Origin: Azolla caroliniana
Taxonomy: Eukaryota > Plantae > Polypodiophyta
Direction of reading: 5' to 3'
Length of the DNA stretch: 64,000 nt
NCBI GenBank assembly: GCA_043228905.1
Contig: JBHGNT010000045.1
Location: 62,001 to 126,000, forward strand
Shown: positions 30,101-46,300 of the stretch, in pieces
Position numbering within the stretch: the stretch's first letter is position 1
How the letters are laid out: each line of letters begins with the position of its first letter
The notes under the pieces: model-generated
What the model was told of the DNA's origin: nothing
What the model saw: only the letters and a program-made list of their open reading frames with translations
Database searches by the model: none
Program-made: the position numbers and the translations under genes

Positions 30101-31760
30101 CGATTCGCATGTTTGAACACAAAAATCCGATATCACACGAGCCAGGTATGAACATTTTAATTTACTCAAGGGCTTCTCTCAACTCCCTCCTCATGTTTGC
30201 TAATTTCGTCATGTCTCTCGACCTGAGTTTCAAAATATTGATTTTTTAATTCCATATCATAGCTAGCGTTGTTAGCTTCGATTGGCATGTTTGAACACGA
30301 AAATCCGATATCACACGAGCCAGGTATGAACATTTTAATTTACCTCCTGACTCTTCTCAACTCACTCCTCAAATTTGGTAATTTTGTCATGTCTCTCGGA
30401 TAGAGTTTCAAAATATTGATTTTTTATTTCCATATCATAGGTAGTGTTGTTAGCTTTGATTCGCATGTTTGAACACAAAATTCCGATATCACACGAGCCA
30501 GGTATGAACATTTTCATTTACTCAAGGGCTCACCTCAACTCACTACTCAAATTTGGTAATTTCGTCATGTCTCTCGACCAGAGTTTCAAAATCTTGATTT
30601 TTTAAGTCCATATCATAGCTAGCGTTGTTAGCTTCGATTCGCATGTTTGAACACAAACATCGGATATCACACGAGCCAAGTATGAACATTTTAATTTACT
30701 CAAGGGCTCCTCTCAACTCCCTCCTCATGTTTGCTAATTTCGTCATGTCTCTCGACATGTGTTTCAAAATCTTGATTTTTTAATTCCATATCATAGCTAG
30801 CGTTGTTAGCTTCGATTCGCATGTTTGAACACAAAAATCCGATATCACACGAGCCAGGTATGAACATTTTAATTTACTCAAGGGCTTCTCTCAACTCCCT
30901 CCTCATGTTTGCTAATTTCGTCATGTCTCTCGACTTGAGTTTCAAAATCTTGATTTTTTAATTCCATATCATAGCTAGCATTGTTAGCTTCGATTCGCAT
31001 GTTTGAACACAAAAATCCGATATGACACGAGCCAGGTATGAACATTTTCATTTACTCAAGGGCTCTTCTCAACTCACTCCTCAAATTTGGTAATTTCGTC
31101 ATGTCTCTCGACCTGAGTTTCAAAATATTGATTTTTTAATTCCATATCATAGCTAGCATTGTTAGCTTCGATTGGCATGTTTGAACACAAAAATCCGATA
31201 TTACACGAGCCAGGTATGAACATTTTCATTTACTCAAGGGCTCCTCTCAACTCCCTCCTCAAATTTGGTAATTTCGTCATGTCTCTCGACCAGAGTTTCA
31301 AAATGTTGATTTTTTAATTCCATAGCATAGCTAGCGTTGTTAGCTTCGATTCGCATGTTTGAACACAAAAATTCGATATTACACCAGCCAGGTATGAACA
31401 TTTTCATTTACTCAAGGGGTCCTCTCAACTCACTACTCAAATTTGGTAATTTCATCATGTCTCTCGACCAGAGTTTCAAAATCTTGATTTATTAAGTCCA
31501 TATCATAGCTAGCGTTGTTAGCTTCGATTCACATGTTTGAACACAAACATCGGATATCACACGAGCCAGGTATGAACATTTTAATTTACTCAAGGGCTCC
31601 TCTCAACTCCCTCCTCATGTTTGCTAATTTCGTCATGTCTCTCGACATGAGTTTCAAAATCTTCATTTTTTAATTCCATATCATAGCTAGCGTTGTTAGC
31701 TTCGATTCGCATGTTTGAACACAAAAATCCGATATCACACGAGCCAGGTATGAACATTTT
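27200..31760 (+). repeat. Partial 17-monomer (3026-bp) duplication
   Basis: CGGATAG at 27372 and 30398, and the GAGCCAAGTATG variant at 27653 and 30679, are both 3026 bp (17x178) apart. The match covers only about half of the unit. Confidence 0.7.
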
Positions 31761-34700
31761 CATTTACTCAAGGGCTCCTCTCAACTCCCTCCTCAAATTT
31801 GGTAATTTCGTCATGTCACTCGACCAGAGTTTCAAAATGTTGATTTTTTAATTCCATAGCATAGCTAGCGTTGTTAGCTTCGATTCGCATGTTTGAACAC
31901 AAAAATCCGATATTACACCAGCCAGGTATGAACATTTTCATTTACTCAAGGGGTCCTCTCAACTCACTACTCAAATTTGGTAATTTCATCATGTCTCTTG
32001 ACCAGAGTTTCAAAATCTTGATTTATTAAGTCCATATCATAGCTAGCGTTGTTAGCTTCGATTCGCATGTTTGAACACAAACATCGGATATCACACGGGC
32101 CAGGTATGAACATTTTAATTTACTCAAGGGCTCCTCTCAAATCCCTCCTCATGTTTGCTAATTTCGTCATGTCTCTCGACTTGAGTTTCAAAATCTTGAT
32201 TTTTTAATTCCATATCATAGCTAGCGTTGTTAGCTTAGATTCGCATGTTTGAACACAAAAATCCGATATCACACGAGCCAGGTATGAACATTTTAATTTA
32301 CTCAAGGGCTTCTCTCAACTCCCTCCTCATGTTTGCTAATTTCGTCATGTCTCTCGACCTGAGTTTCAAAATATTGATTTTGTTAATTCCATATCATAGC
32401 TAGCGTTGTTAGCTTCGATTCGCATGTTTGAACACAAAAATCCGATATGACACGAGCCAGGTATGAACATTTTCATTTACTCAAGGGCTCTTCTCAACTC
32501 ACTCCTCAAATTTGCTAATTTCGTCATGTCTCTCGACCTGAGTTTCAAAATATTGATTTTTTAATTCCATATCATAGCTAGCATTGTTAGCTTCGATTGG
32601 CATGTTTGAACACAAAAATCCGATATTACACGAGCCAGGTATGAACATTTTCATTTACTCAAGGGCTCCTCTCAACTCCCTCCTCAAATTTGGTAATTTC
32701 GTCATGTCTCTCGACCAGAGTTTCAAAATCTTGATTTTTTAATTCCATAGCATAGCTAGCGTTGTTAGCTTCGATTCGCATGTTTGAACACAAAAATCCG
32801 ATATTACACCAGCCAGGTATGAACATTTTCATTTACTCAAGGGGTCCTCTCAACTCACTACTCAAATTTGGTAATTTCATCATGTCTCTTGACCAGAGTT
32901 TCAAAATCTTGATTTATTAAGTCCATATCATAGCTAGCGTTGTTAGCTTCGATTCGCATGTTTGAACACAAACATCGGATATCACACGAGCCAGGTATGA
33001 ACATTTTAATTTACTCAAGGGCTCCTCTCAACTCCCTCCTCATGTTTGCTAATTTCGTCATGTCTCTCGACTTGAGTTTCAAAATCTTGATTTTTTAATT
33101 CCATATCATAGCTAGCGTTGTTAGCTTCGATTCGCATGTTTGAACACAAAAATCCGATATCACACGAGCCAGGTATGAACATTTTAATTTACTCAAGGGC
33201 TTCTCTCAACTCCCTCCTCATGTTTGCTAATTTCGTCATGTCTCTCGACCTGAGTTTCAAAATATTGATTTTGTTAATTCCATATCATAGCTAGCGTTGT
33301 TAGCTTCGATTCGCATGTTTGAACACAAAAATCCGATATCACACGAGCCAGGTATGAACATTTTCATTTACTCAAGGGCTCTTCTCAACTCACTCCTCAA
33401 ATTTGCTAATTTCGTCATGTCTCTCGACCAGAGTTTCAAAATGTTGATTTTTTAATTCCATAGCATAGCTAGCGTTGTTAGCTTCGATTCGCATGTTTGA
33501 ACACAAAAATCCGATATTACACCAGCCAGGTATGAACATTTTCATTTACTCAAGGGCTCCTCTCAACTCACTAGTCAAATTTGGTAATTTCGTCATGTCT
33601 CTCGACCAGAGTTTCAAAATCTTGATTTTTTAATTCCATAGCATAGCTAGCGTTGTTAGCTTTGATTCGCATGTTTGAACACAAAAATCCGATATTACAC
33701 CAGCCAGGTATGAACATTTTCATTTACTCAAGGGCTCCTCTCAACTCCCTCCTCATGTTTGCTAATTTTGTCATGTCTCTCGACCTGAGTTTCAAAATCT
33801 TGATTTTTTAATTCCATATCATAGCTAGCGTTGTTAGCTTCGATTCGTATGTTTGAACACAAAAATCCGATATCACACGAGCCAGGTATGAACATTTTCA
33901 TTTACTCCAGGGCTCATCTTAACTCACTACTCAAATTTGGTAATTTCGTCATGTCTCTCGACCAGAGTTTCAAAATCTTGATTTTTTAAGTCCATATCAT
34001 AGCTAGCGTTGTTAGCTTCGATTCGAATGTTTGAACACAAAAATCCGATATTACACGAGCCAGGTATGAACATTTTAATTTACTCAAGGGCTCTTCTCAA
34101 CTCACTCCTCAAATTTGGTAATTTCGTCATGTCTCTCGACCTGAGTTTCAAAATATTGATTTTTTTATTCCATATCATAGCTAGCGTTGTTAGCTTCGAT
34201 ACGCATGTTTGAACACAAAAATCCGATATGACACGAGCCAGGTATGAACATTTTCATTTACTCAAGGGCTCTTCTCAACTCCCTCCTCAAATTTGGTAAT
34301 TTCGTCATGTCTCTCGACCTGAGTTTCAAAATATTGATTTTTTAATTCCATATCATAGCTAGCATTGTTAGCTTCGATTGGCATGTTTGAACACAAAAAT
34401 CCGATATTACACGAGCCAGGTATGAACATTTTCATTTACTCAAGGGCTCCTCTCAACTCCCTCCTCAAATTTGGTAATTTCGTCATGTCTCTCGACCAGA
34501 GTTTCAAAATCTTGATTTTTTAATTCCATAGCATAGCTAGCGTTGTTAGCTTCGATTCGCATGTTTGAACACAAAAATCCGATATTACACCAGCCAGGTA
34601 TGAACATTTTCATTTACTCAAGGGGTCCTCTCAACTCACTACTCAAATTTGGTAATTTCATCATGTCTCTTGACCAGAGTTTCTAAATCTTGATTTATTA

Positions 34701-37700
34701 AGTCCATATCATAGCTAGCGTTGTTAGCTTCGATTCGCATGTTTGAACACAAACATCGGATATCACACGAGCCAGGTATGAACATTTTAATTTACTCAAG
34801 GGCTCCTCTCAACTCCCTCCTCATGTTTGCTAATTTCGTCATGTCTCTCGACTTGAGTTTCAAAATCTTGATTTTTTAATTCCATATCATAGCTAGCGTT
34901 GTTAGCTTCGATTCGCATGTTTGAACACAAAAATCCGATATCACACGAGCCAGGTATGAACATTTTGATTTACTCAAGGGCTTCTCTCAACTCCCTCCTC
35001 ATGTTTGCTAATTTCGTCATGTCTCTCGACCTGAGTTTCAAAATATTGATTTTTTAATTCCATATCATAGCTAGCGTTGTTAGCTTCGATTCGCATGTTT
35101 GAACACAAAAATCCGATATCACACGAGCCAGGTATGAACATTTTCATTTACTCAAGGGCTCTTCTCAACTCACTCCTCAAATTTGCTAATTTCGTCATGT
35201 CTCTCAACCAGAGTTTCAAAATATTGATTTTTTAATTCCATAGCATAGCTAGCGTTGTTAGCTTCGATTCGCATGTTTGAACACAAAAATCCGATATCAC
35301 ACGAGCCAGGTATGAACATTTTAATTTACTCAAGGGCTCCTCTCAACTCCCTCCTCATGTTTGCTAATTTTGTCATGTCTCTTGACCTGAGTTTCAAAAT
35401 ATTGATTTTTTAATTCCATATCATAGCTAGCGTTGTTAGCTTCGATTGGCATGTTTGAACACGAAAATCCGATATCACACGAGCCAGGTATGAACATTTT
35501 AATTTACCTCCTGACTCTTCTCAACTCACTCCTCAAATTTGGTAATTTTGTCATGTCTCTCGGATAGAGTTTCAAAATATTAATTTTTTATTTCCATATC
35601 ATAGGTAGTGTTGTTAGCTTTGATTCGCATGTTTGAACACAAAATTCCGATATCACACGAGCCAGGTATGAACATTTTCATTTACTCAAGGGCTCACCTC
35701 AACTCACTACTCAAATTTGGTAATTTCATCATGTCTCTCGACCAGAGTTTCAAAATCTTGATTTTTTAATTCCATAGCATAGCTAGCGTTGTTAGCTTCG
35801 ATTCGCATGTTTGAACACAAAAATTCGATATTACACCAGCCAGGTATGAACATTTTCATTTACTCAAGGGGTCCTCTCAACTCACTACTCAAATTTGGTA
35901 ATTTCATCATGTCTCTCGACCAGAGTTTCAAAATCTTGATTTATTAAGTCCATATCATAGCTAGCGTTGTTAGCTTCGATTCACATGTTTGAACACAAAC
36001 ATCGGATATCACACGAGCCAGGTATGAACATTTTAATTTACTCAAGGGCTCCTCTCAACTCCCTCCTCATGTTTGCTAATTTCGTCATGTCTCTCGACAT
36101 GAGTTTCAAAATCTTCATTTTTTAATTCCATATCATAGCTAGCGTTGTTAGCTTCGATTCGCATGTTTGAACACAAAAATCCGATATCACACGAGCCAGG
36201 TATGAACATTTTCATTTACTCAAGGGCTCCTCTCAACTCCCTCCTCAAATTTGGTAATTTCGTCATGTCACTCGACCAGAGTTTCAAAATGTTGATTTTT
36301 TAATTCCATAGCATAGCTAGCGTTGTTAGCTTCGATTCGCATGTTTGAACACAAAAATCCGATATTACACCAGCCAGGTATGAACATTTTCATTTACTCA
36401 AGGGGTCCTCTCAACTCACTACTCAAATTTGGTAATTTCATCATGTCTCTTGACCAGAGTTTCAAAATCTTGATTTATTAAGTCCATATCATAGCTAGCG
36501 TTGTTAGCTTCGATTCGCATGTTTGAACACAAACATCGGATATCACACGGGCCAGGTATGAACATTTTAATTTACTCAAGGGCTCCTCTCAAATCCCTCC
36601 TCATGTTTGCTAATTTCGTCATGTCTCTCGACTTGAGTTTCAAAATCTTGATTTTTTAATTCCATATCATAGCTAGCGTTGTTAGCTTAGATTCGCATGT
36701 TTGAACACAAAAATCCGATATCACACGAGCCAGGTATGAACATTTTAATTTACTCAAGGGCTTCTCTCAACTCCCTCCTCATGTTTGCTAATTTCGTCAT
36801 GTCTCTCGACCTGAGTTTCAAAATATTGATTTTGTTAATTCCATATCATAGCTAGCGTTGTTAGCTTCGATTCGCATGTTTGAACACAAAAATCCGATAT
36901 GACACGAGCCAGGTATGAACATTTTCATTTACTCAAGGGCTCTTCTCAACTCACTCCTCAAATTTGCTAATTTCGTCATGTCTCTCGACCTGAGTTTCAA
37001 AATATTGATTTTTTAATTCCATATCATAGCTAGCATTGTTAGCTTCGATTGGCATGTTTGAACACAAAAATCCGATATTACACGAGCCAGGTATGAACAT
37101 TTTCATTTACTCAAGGGCTCCTCTCAACTCCCTCCTCAAATTTGGTAATTTCGTCATGTCTCTCGACCAGAGTTTCAAAATCTTGATTTTTTAATTCCAT
37201 AGCATAGCTAGCGTTGTTAGCTTCGATTCGCATGTTTGAACACAAAAATCCGATATTACACCAGCCAGGTATGAACATTTTCATTTACTCAAGGGGTCCT
37301 CTCAACTCACTACTCAAATTTGGTAATTTCATCATGTCTCTTGACCAGAGTTTCAAAATCTTGATTTATTAAGTCCATATCATAGCTAGCGTTGTTAGCT
37401 TCGATTCGCATGTTTGAACACAAACATCGGATATCACACGAGCCAGGTATGAACATTTTAATTTACTCAAGGGCTCCTCTCAACTCCCTCCTCATGTTTG
37501 CTAATTTCGTCATGTCTCTCGACTTGAGTTTCAAAATCTTGATTTTTTAATTCCATATCATAGCTAGCGTTGTTAGCTTCGATTCGCATGTTTGAACACA
37601 AAAATCCGATATCACACGAGCCAGGTATGAACATTTTAATTTACTCAAGGGCTTCTCTCAACTCCCTCCTCATGTTTGCTAATTTCGTCATGTCTCTCGA

Positions 37701-40221
37701 CCTGAGTTTCAAAATATTGATTTTGTTAATTCCATATCATAGCTAGCGTTGTTAGCTTCGATTCGCATGTTTGAACACAAAAATCCGATATCACACGAGC
37801 CAGGTATGAACATTTTCATTTACTCAAGGGCTCTTCTCAACTCACTCCTCAAATTTGCTAATTTCGTCATGTCTCTCGACCAGAGTTTCAAAATGTTGAT
37901 TTTTTAATTCCATAGCATAGCTAGCGTTGTTAGCTTCGATTCGCATGTTTGAACACAAAAATCCGATATTACACCAGCCAGGTATGAACATTTTCATTTA
38001 CTCAAGGGCTCCTCTCAACTCACTAGTCAAATTTGGTAATTTCGTCATGTCTCTCGACCAGAGTTTCAAAATCTTGATTTTTTAATTCCATAGCATAGCT
38101 AGCGTTGTTAGCTTTGATTCGCATGTTTGAACACAAAAATCCGATATTACACCAGCCAGGTATGAACATTTTCATTTACTCAAGGGCTCCTCTCAACTCC
38201 CTCCTCATGTTTGCTAATTTTGTCATGTCTCTCGACCTGAGTTTCAAAATCTTGATTTTTTAATTCCATATCATAGCTAGCGTTGTTAGCTTCGATTCGT
38301 ATGTTTGAACACAAAAATCCGATATCACACGAGCCAGGTATGAACATTTTCATTTACTCCAGGGCTCATCTTAACTCACTACTCAAATTTGGTAATTTCG
38401 TCATGTCTCTCGACCAGAGTTTCAAAATCTTGATTTTTTAAGTCCATATCATAGCTAGCGTTGTTAGCTTCGATTCGAATGTTTGAACACAAAAATCCGA
38501 TATTACACGAGCCAGGTATGAACATTTTAATTTACTCAAGGGCTCTTCTCAACTCACTCCTCAAATTTGGTAATTTCGTCATGTCTCTCGACCTGAGTTT
38601 CAAAATATTGATTTTTTTATTCCATATCATAGCTAGCGTTGTTAGCTTCGATACGCATGTTTGAACACAAAAATCCGATATGACACGAGCCAGGTATGAA
38701 CATTTTCATTTACTCAAGGGCTCTTCTCAACTCCCTCCTCAAATTTGGTAATTTCGTCATGTCTCTCGACCTGAGTTTCAAAATATTGATTTTTTAATTC
38801 CATATCATAGCTAGCATTGTTAGCTTCGATTGGCATGTTTGAACACAAAAATCCGATATTACACGAGCCAGGTATGAACATTTTCATTTACTCAAGGGCT
38901 CCTCTCAACTCCCTCCTCAAATTTGGTAATTTCGTCATGTCTCTCGACCAGAGTTTCAAAATCTTGATTTTTTAATTCCATAGCATAGCTAGCGTTGTTA
39001 GCTTCGATTCGCATGTTTGAACACAAAAATCCGATATTACACCAGCCAGGTATGAACATTTTCATTTACTCAAGGGGTCCTCTCAACTCACTACTCAAAT
39101 TTGGTAATTTCATCATGTCTCTTGACCAGAGTTTCTAAATCTTGATTTATTAAGTCCATATCATAGCTAGCGTTGTTAGCTTCGATTCGCATGTTTGAAC
39201 ACAAACATCGGATATCACACGAGCCAGGTATGAACATTTTAATTTACTCAAGGGCTCCTCTCAACTCCCTCCTCATGTTTGCTAATTTCGTCATGTCTCT
39301 CGACTTGAGTTTCAAAATCTTGATTTTTTAATTCCATATCATAGCTAGCGTTGTTAGCTTCGATTCGCATGTTTGAACACAAAAATCCGATATCACACGA
39401 GCCAGGTATGAACATTTTGATTTACTCAAGGGCTTCTCTCAACTCCCTCCTCATGTTTGCTAATTTCGTCATGTCTCTCGACCTGAGTTTCAAAATATTG
39501 ATTTTTTAATTCCATATCATAGCTAGCGTTGTTAGCTTCGATTCGCATGTTTGAACACAAAAATCCGATATCACACGAGCCAGGTATGAACATTTTCATT
39601 TACTCAAGGGCTCTTCTCAACTCACTCCTCAAATTTGCTAATTTCGTCATGTCTCTCAACCAGAGTTTCAAAATATTGATTTTTTAATTCCATAGCATAG
39701 CTAGCGTTGTTAGCTTCGATTCGCATGTTTGAACACAAAAATCCGATATCACACGAGCCAGGTATGAACATTTTAATTTACTCAAGGGCTCCTCTCAACT
39801 CCCTCCTCATGTTTGCTAATTTTGTCATGTCTCTTGACCTGAGTTTCAAAATATTGATTTTTTAATTCCATATCATAGCTAGCGTTGTTAGCTTCGATTG
39901 GCATGTTTGAACACGAAAATCCGATATCACACGAGCCAGGTATGAACATTTTAATTTACCTCCTGACTCTTCTCAACTCACTCCTCAAATTTGGTAATTT
40001 TGTCATGTCTCTCGGATAGAGTTTCAAAATATTAATTTTTTATTTCCATATCATAGGTAGTGTTGTTAGCTTTGATTCGCATGTTTGAACACAAAATTCC
40101 GATATCACACGAGCCAGGTATGAACATTTTCATTTACTCAAGGGCTCACCTCAACTCACTACTCAAATTTGGTAATTTCATCATGTCTCTCGACCAGAGT
40201 TTCAAAATCTTGATTTTTTAA
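31306..40221 (+). repeat. 25-monomer (4452-bp) tandem duplication, two copies
   Basis: The private variant TGTCACTCG is at 31818 and 36270, and the identical chance ORFs start at 34009 and 38461, all 4452 bp apart. 4452 = 25x178+2, matching two +1 GATTTTGTTAAT insertions per unit. Matching breaks at 31305/35757 and at 35770/40222. Confidence 0.9.
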
Positions 40222-40373
40222 GTCCATATCATAGCTAGCGTTGTTAGCTTCGATTCGCATGTTTGAACACAAACATCGGATATCACACGAGCCAAGTATG
40301 AACATTTTAATTTACTCAAGGGCTCCTCTCAACTCCCTCCTCATGTTTGCTAATTTCGTCATGTCTCTCGACA

Positions 40374-43300
40374 TGTGTTTCAAAATCTTGATTTTTTAAT
40401 TCCATATCATAGCTAGCGTTGTTAGCTTCGATTCGCATGTTTGAACACAAAAATCCGATATCACACGAGCCAGGTATGAACATTTTAATTTACTCAAGGG
40501 CTTCTCTCAACTCCCTCCTCATGTTTGCTAATTTCGTCATGTCTCTCGACTTGAGTTTCAAAATCTTGATTTTTTAATTCCATATCATAGCTAGCATTGT
40601 TAGCTTCGATTCGCATGTTTGAACACAAAAATCCGATATCACACGAGCCAGGTATGAACATTTTCATTTACTCAAGGGCTCTTCTCAACTCACTCCTCAA
40701 ATTTGCTAATTTCGTCATGTCTCTCGACCTGAGTTTCAAAATATTGATTTTTTAATTCCATATCATAGCTAGCATTGTTAGCTTCGATTGGCATGTTTGA
40801 ACACAAAAATCCGATATTACACGAGCCAGGTATGAACATTTTCATTTACTCAAGGGCTCCTCTCAACTCCCTCCTCAAATTTGGTAATTTCGTCATGTCT
40901 CTCGACCAGAGTTTCAAAATGTTGATTTTTTAATTCCATAGCATAGCTAGCGTTGTTAGCTTCGATTCGCATGTTTGAACACAAAAATTCGATATTACAC
41001 CAGCCAGGTATGAACATTTTCATTTACTCAAGGGGTCCTCTCAACTCACTACTCAAATTTGGTAATTTCATCATGTCTCTCGACCAGAGTTTCAAAATCT
41101 TGATTTATTAAGTCCATATCATAGCTAGCGTTGTTAGCTTCGATTCACATGTTTGAACACAAACATCGGATATCACACGAGCCAGGTATGAACATTTTAA
41201 TTTACTCAAGGGCTCCTCTCAACTCCCTCCTCATGTTTGCTAATTTCGTCATGTCTCTCGACATGAGTTTCAAAATCTTCATTTTTTAATTCCATATCAT
41301 AGCTAGCGTTGTTAGCTTCGATTCGCATGTTTGAACACAAAAATCCGATATCACACGAGCCAGGTATGAACATTTTAATTTACTCAAGGGCTCCTCTCAA
41401 CTCCCTCCTCAAATTTGGTAATTTCGTCATGTCTCTCGACCAGAGTTTCAAAATGTTGATTTTTTAATTCCATAGCATAGCTAGCGTTGTTAGCTTCGAT
41501 TCGCATGTTTGAACACAAAAATCCGATATCACACGAGCCAGGTATGAACATTTTAATTTACTCAAGGGCTCCTCTCAACTCCCTCCTCATGTTTGCTAAT
41601 TTTGTCATGTCTCTTGACCTGAGTTTCAAAATATTGATTTTTTAATTCCATATCATAGCTAGCGTTGTTAGCTTCGATTGGCATGTTTGAACACGAAAAT
41701 CCGATATCACACGAGCCAGGTATGAACATTTTAATTTACCTCCTGACTCTTCTCAACTCACTCCTCAAATTTGGTAATTTTGTCATGTCTCTCGGATAGA
41801 GTTTCAAAATATTAATTTTTTATTTCCATATCATAGGTAGTGTTGTTAGCTTTGATTCGCATGTTTGAACACAAAATTCCGATATCACACGAGCCAGGTA
41901 TGAACATTTTCATTTACTCAAGGGCTCACCTCAACTCACTACTCAAATTTGGTAATTTCGTCATGTCTCTCGACCAGAGTTTCAAAATCTTGATTTTTTA
42001 AGTCCATATCATAGCTAGCGTTGTTAGCTTCGATTCGCATGTTTGAACACAAACATCGGATATCACACGAGCCAAGTATGAACATTTTAATTTACTCAAG
42101 GGCTCCTCTCAACTCCCTCCTCATGTTTGCTAATTTCGTCATGTCTCTCGACATGTGTTTCAAAATCTTGATTTTTTAATTCCATATCATAGCTAGCGTT
42201 GTTAGCTTCGATTCGCATGTTTGAACACAAAAATCCGATATCACACGAGCCAGGTATGAACATTTTAATTTACTCAAGGGCTTCTCTCAACTCCCTCCTC
42301 ATGTTTGCTAATTTCGTCATGTCTCTCGACTTGAGTTTCAAAATCTTGATTTTTTAATTCCATATCATAGCTAGCATTGTTAGCTTCGATTCGCATGTTT
42401 GAACACAAAAATCCGATATGACACGAGCCAGGTATGAACATTTTCATTTACTCAAGGGCTCTTCTCAACTCACTCCTCAAATTTGGTAATTTCGTCATGT
42501 CTCTCGACCTGAGTTTCAAAATATTGATTTTTTAATTCCATATCATAGCTAGCATTGTTAGCTTCGATTGGCATGTTTGAACACAAAAATCCGATATTAC
42601 ACGAGCCAGGTATGAACATTTTCATTTACTCAAGGGCTCCTCTCAACTCCCTCCTCAAATTTGGTAATTTCGTCATGTCTCTCGACCAGAGTTTCAAAAT
42701 GTTGATTTTTTAATTCCATAGCATAGCTAGCGTTGTTAGCTTCGATTCGCATGTTTGAACACAAAAATTCGATATTACACCAGCCAGGTATGAACATTTT
42801 CATTTACTCAAGGGGTCCTCTCAACTCACTACTCAAATTTGGTAATTTCATCATGTCTCTCGACCAGAGTTTCAAAATCTTGATTTATTAATTCCATATC
42901 ATAGCTAGCGTTGTTAGCTTCGATTCACATGTTTGAACACAAACATCGGATATCACACGAGCCAGGTATGAACATTTTAATTTACTCAAGGGCTCCTCTC
43001 AACTCCCTCCTCATGTTTGCTAATTTCGTCATGTCTCTCGACATGAGTTTCAAAATCTTCATTTTTTAATTCCATATCATAGCTAGCGTTGTTAGCTTCG
43101 ATTCGCATGTTTGAACACAAAAATCCGATATCACACGAGCCAGGTATGAACATTTTCATTTACTCAAGGGCTCCTCTCAACTCCCTCCTCAAATTTGGTA
43201 ATTTCGTCATGTCTCTCGACCAGAGTTTCAAAATCTTGATTTTTTAATTCCATAGCATAGCTAGCGTTGTTAGCTTCGATTCGCATGTTTGAACACAAAA

Positions 43301-46300
43301 ATCCGATATTACACCAGCCAGGTATGAACATTTTCATTTACTCAAGGGGTCCTCTCAACTCACTACTCAAATTTGGTAATTTCATCATGTCTCTTGACCA
43401 GAGTTTCAAAATCTTGATTTATTAAGTCCATATCATAGCTAGCGTTGTTAGCTTCGATTCGCATGTTTGAACACAAACATCGGATATCACACGGGCCAGG
43501 TATGAACATTTTAATTTACTCAAGGGCTCCTCTCAACTCCCTCCTCATGTTTGCTAATTTCGTCATGTCTCTCGACTTGAGTTTCAAAATCTTGATTTTT
43601 TAATTCCATATCATAGCTAGCGTTGTTAGCTTAGATTCGCATGTTTGAACACAAAAATCCGATATCACACGAGCCAGGTATGAACATTTTAATTTACTCA
43701 AGGGCTTCTCTCAACTCCCTCCTCATGTTTGCTAATTTCGTCATGTCTCTCGACCTGAGTTTCAAAATATTCATTTTGTTAATTCCATATCATAGCTAGC
43801 GTTGTTAGCTTCGATTCGCATGTTTGAACACAAAAATCCGATATCACACGAGCCAGGTATGAACATTTTCATTTACTCAAGGGCTCTTCTCAACTCACTC
43901 CTCAAATTTGCTAATTTCGTCATGTCTCTCGACCTGAGTTTCAAAATATTGATTTTTTAATTCCATATCATAGCTAGCATTGTTAGCTTCGATTGGCATG
44001 TTTGAACACAAAAATCCGATATTACACGAGCCAGGTATGAACATTTTCATTTACTCAAGGGCTCCTCTCAACTCCCTCCTCAAATTTGGTAATTTCGTCA
44101 TGTCTCTCGACCAGAGTTTCAAAATCTTGATTTTTTAATTCCATAGCATAGCTAGCGTTGTTAGCTTCGATTCGCATGTTTGAACACAAAAATCCGATAT
44201 TACACCAGCCAGGTATGAACATTTTCATTTACTCAAGGGGTCCTCTCAACTCACTACTCAAATTTGGTAATTTCATCATGTCTCTTGACCAGAGTTTCAA
44301 AATCTTGATTTATTAAGTCCATATCATAGCTAGCGTTGTTAGCTTCGATTCGCATGTTTGAACACAAACATCGGATATCACACGAGCCAGGTATGAACAT
44401 TTTAATTTACTCAAGGGCTCCTCTCAACTCCCTCCTCATGTTTGCTAATTTCGTCATGTCTCTCGACCTGTGTTTCAAAATCTTGATTTTTTAATTCCAT
44501 ATCATAGCTAGCGTTGTTAGCTTCGATTCGCATGTTTGAACACAAAAATCCGATATCACACGAGCCAGGTATGAACATTTTAATTTACTCAAGGGCTTCT
44601 CTCAACTCCCTCCTCATGTTTGCTAATTTCGTCATGTCTCTCGACTTGAGTTTCAAAATCTTGATTTTTTAATTCCATATCATAGCTAGCATTGTTAGCT
44701 TCGATTCGCATGTTTGAACACAAAAATCCGATATCACACGAGCCAGGTATGAACATTTTCATTTACTCAAGGGCTCTTCTCAACTCACTCCTCAAATTTG
44801 CTAATTTCGTCATGTCTCTCGACCTGAGTTTCAAAATATTGATTTTTTAATTCCATATCATAGCTAGCATTGTTAGCTTCGATTGGCATGTTTGAACACA
44901 AAAATCCGATATTACACGAGCCAGGTATGAACATTTTCATTTACTCAAGGGCTCCTCTCAACTCCCTCCTCAAATTTGGTAATTTCGTCATGTCTCTCGA
45001 CCAGAGTTTCAAAATGTTGATTTTTTAATTCCATAGCATAGCTAGCGTTGTTAGCTTCGATTCGCATGTTTGAACACAAAAATTCGATATTACACCAGCC
45101 AGGTATGAACATTTTCATTTACTCAAGGGGTCCTCTCAACTCACTACTCAAATTTGGTAATTTCATCATGTCTCTCGACCAGAGTTTCAAAATCTTGATT
45201 TATTAAGTCCATATCATAGCTAGCGTTGTTAGCTTCGATTCACATGTTTGAACACAAACATCGGATATCACACGAGCCAGGTATGAACATTTTAATTTAC
45301 TCAAGGGCTCCTCTCAACTCCCTCCTCATGTTTGCTAATTTCGTCATGTCTCTCGACATGAGTTTCAAAATCTTCATTTTTTAATTCCATATCATAGCTA
45401 GCGTTGTTAGCTTCGATTCGCATGTTTGAACACAAAAATCCGATATCACACGAGCCAGGTATGAACATTTTAATTTACTCAAGGGCTCCTCTCAACTCCC
45501 TCCTCAAATTTGGTAATTTCGTCATGTCTCTCGACCAGAGTTTCAAAATGTTGATTTTTTAATTCCATAGCATAGCTAGCGTTGTTAGCTTCGATTCGCA
45601 TGTTTGAACACAAAAATCCGATATCACACGAGCCAGGTATGAACATTTTAATTTACTCAAGGGCTCCTCTCAACTCCCTCCTCATGTTTGCTAATTTTGT
45701 CATGTCTCTTGACCTGAGTTTCAAAATATTGATTTTTTAATTCCATATCATAGCTAGCGTTGTTAGCTTCGATTGGCATGTTTGAACACGAAAATCCGAT
45801 ATCACACGAGCCAGGTATGAACATTTTAATTTACCTCCTGACTCTTCTCAACTCACTCCTCAAATTTGGTAATTTTGTCATGTCTCTCGGATAGAGTTTC
45901 AAAATATTAATTTTTTATTTCCATATCATAGGTAGTGTTGTTAGCTTTGATTCGCATGTTTGAACACAAAATTCCGATATCACACGAGCCAGGTATGAAC
46001 ATTTTCATTTACTCAAGGGCTCACCTCAACTCACTACTCAAATTTGGTAATTTCGTCATGTCTCTCGACCAGAGTTTCAAAATCTTGATTTTTTAAGTCC
46101 ATATCATAGCTAGCGTTGTTAGCTTCGATTCGCATGTTTGAACACAAACATCGGATATCACACGAGCCAAGTATGAACATTTTAATTTACTCAAGGGCTC
46201 CTCTCAACTCCCTCCTCATGTTTGCTAATTTCGTCATGTCTCTCGACATGTGTTTCAAAATCTTGATTTTTTAATTCCATATCATAGCTAGCGTTGTTAG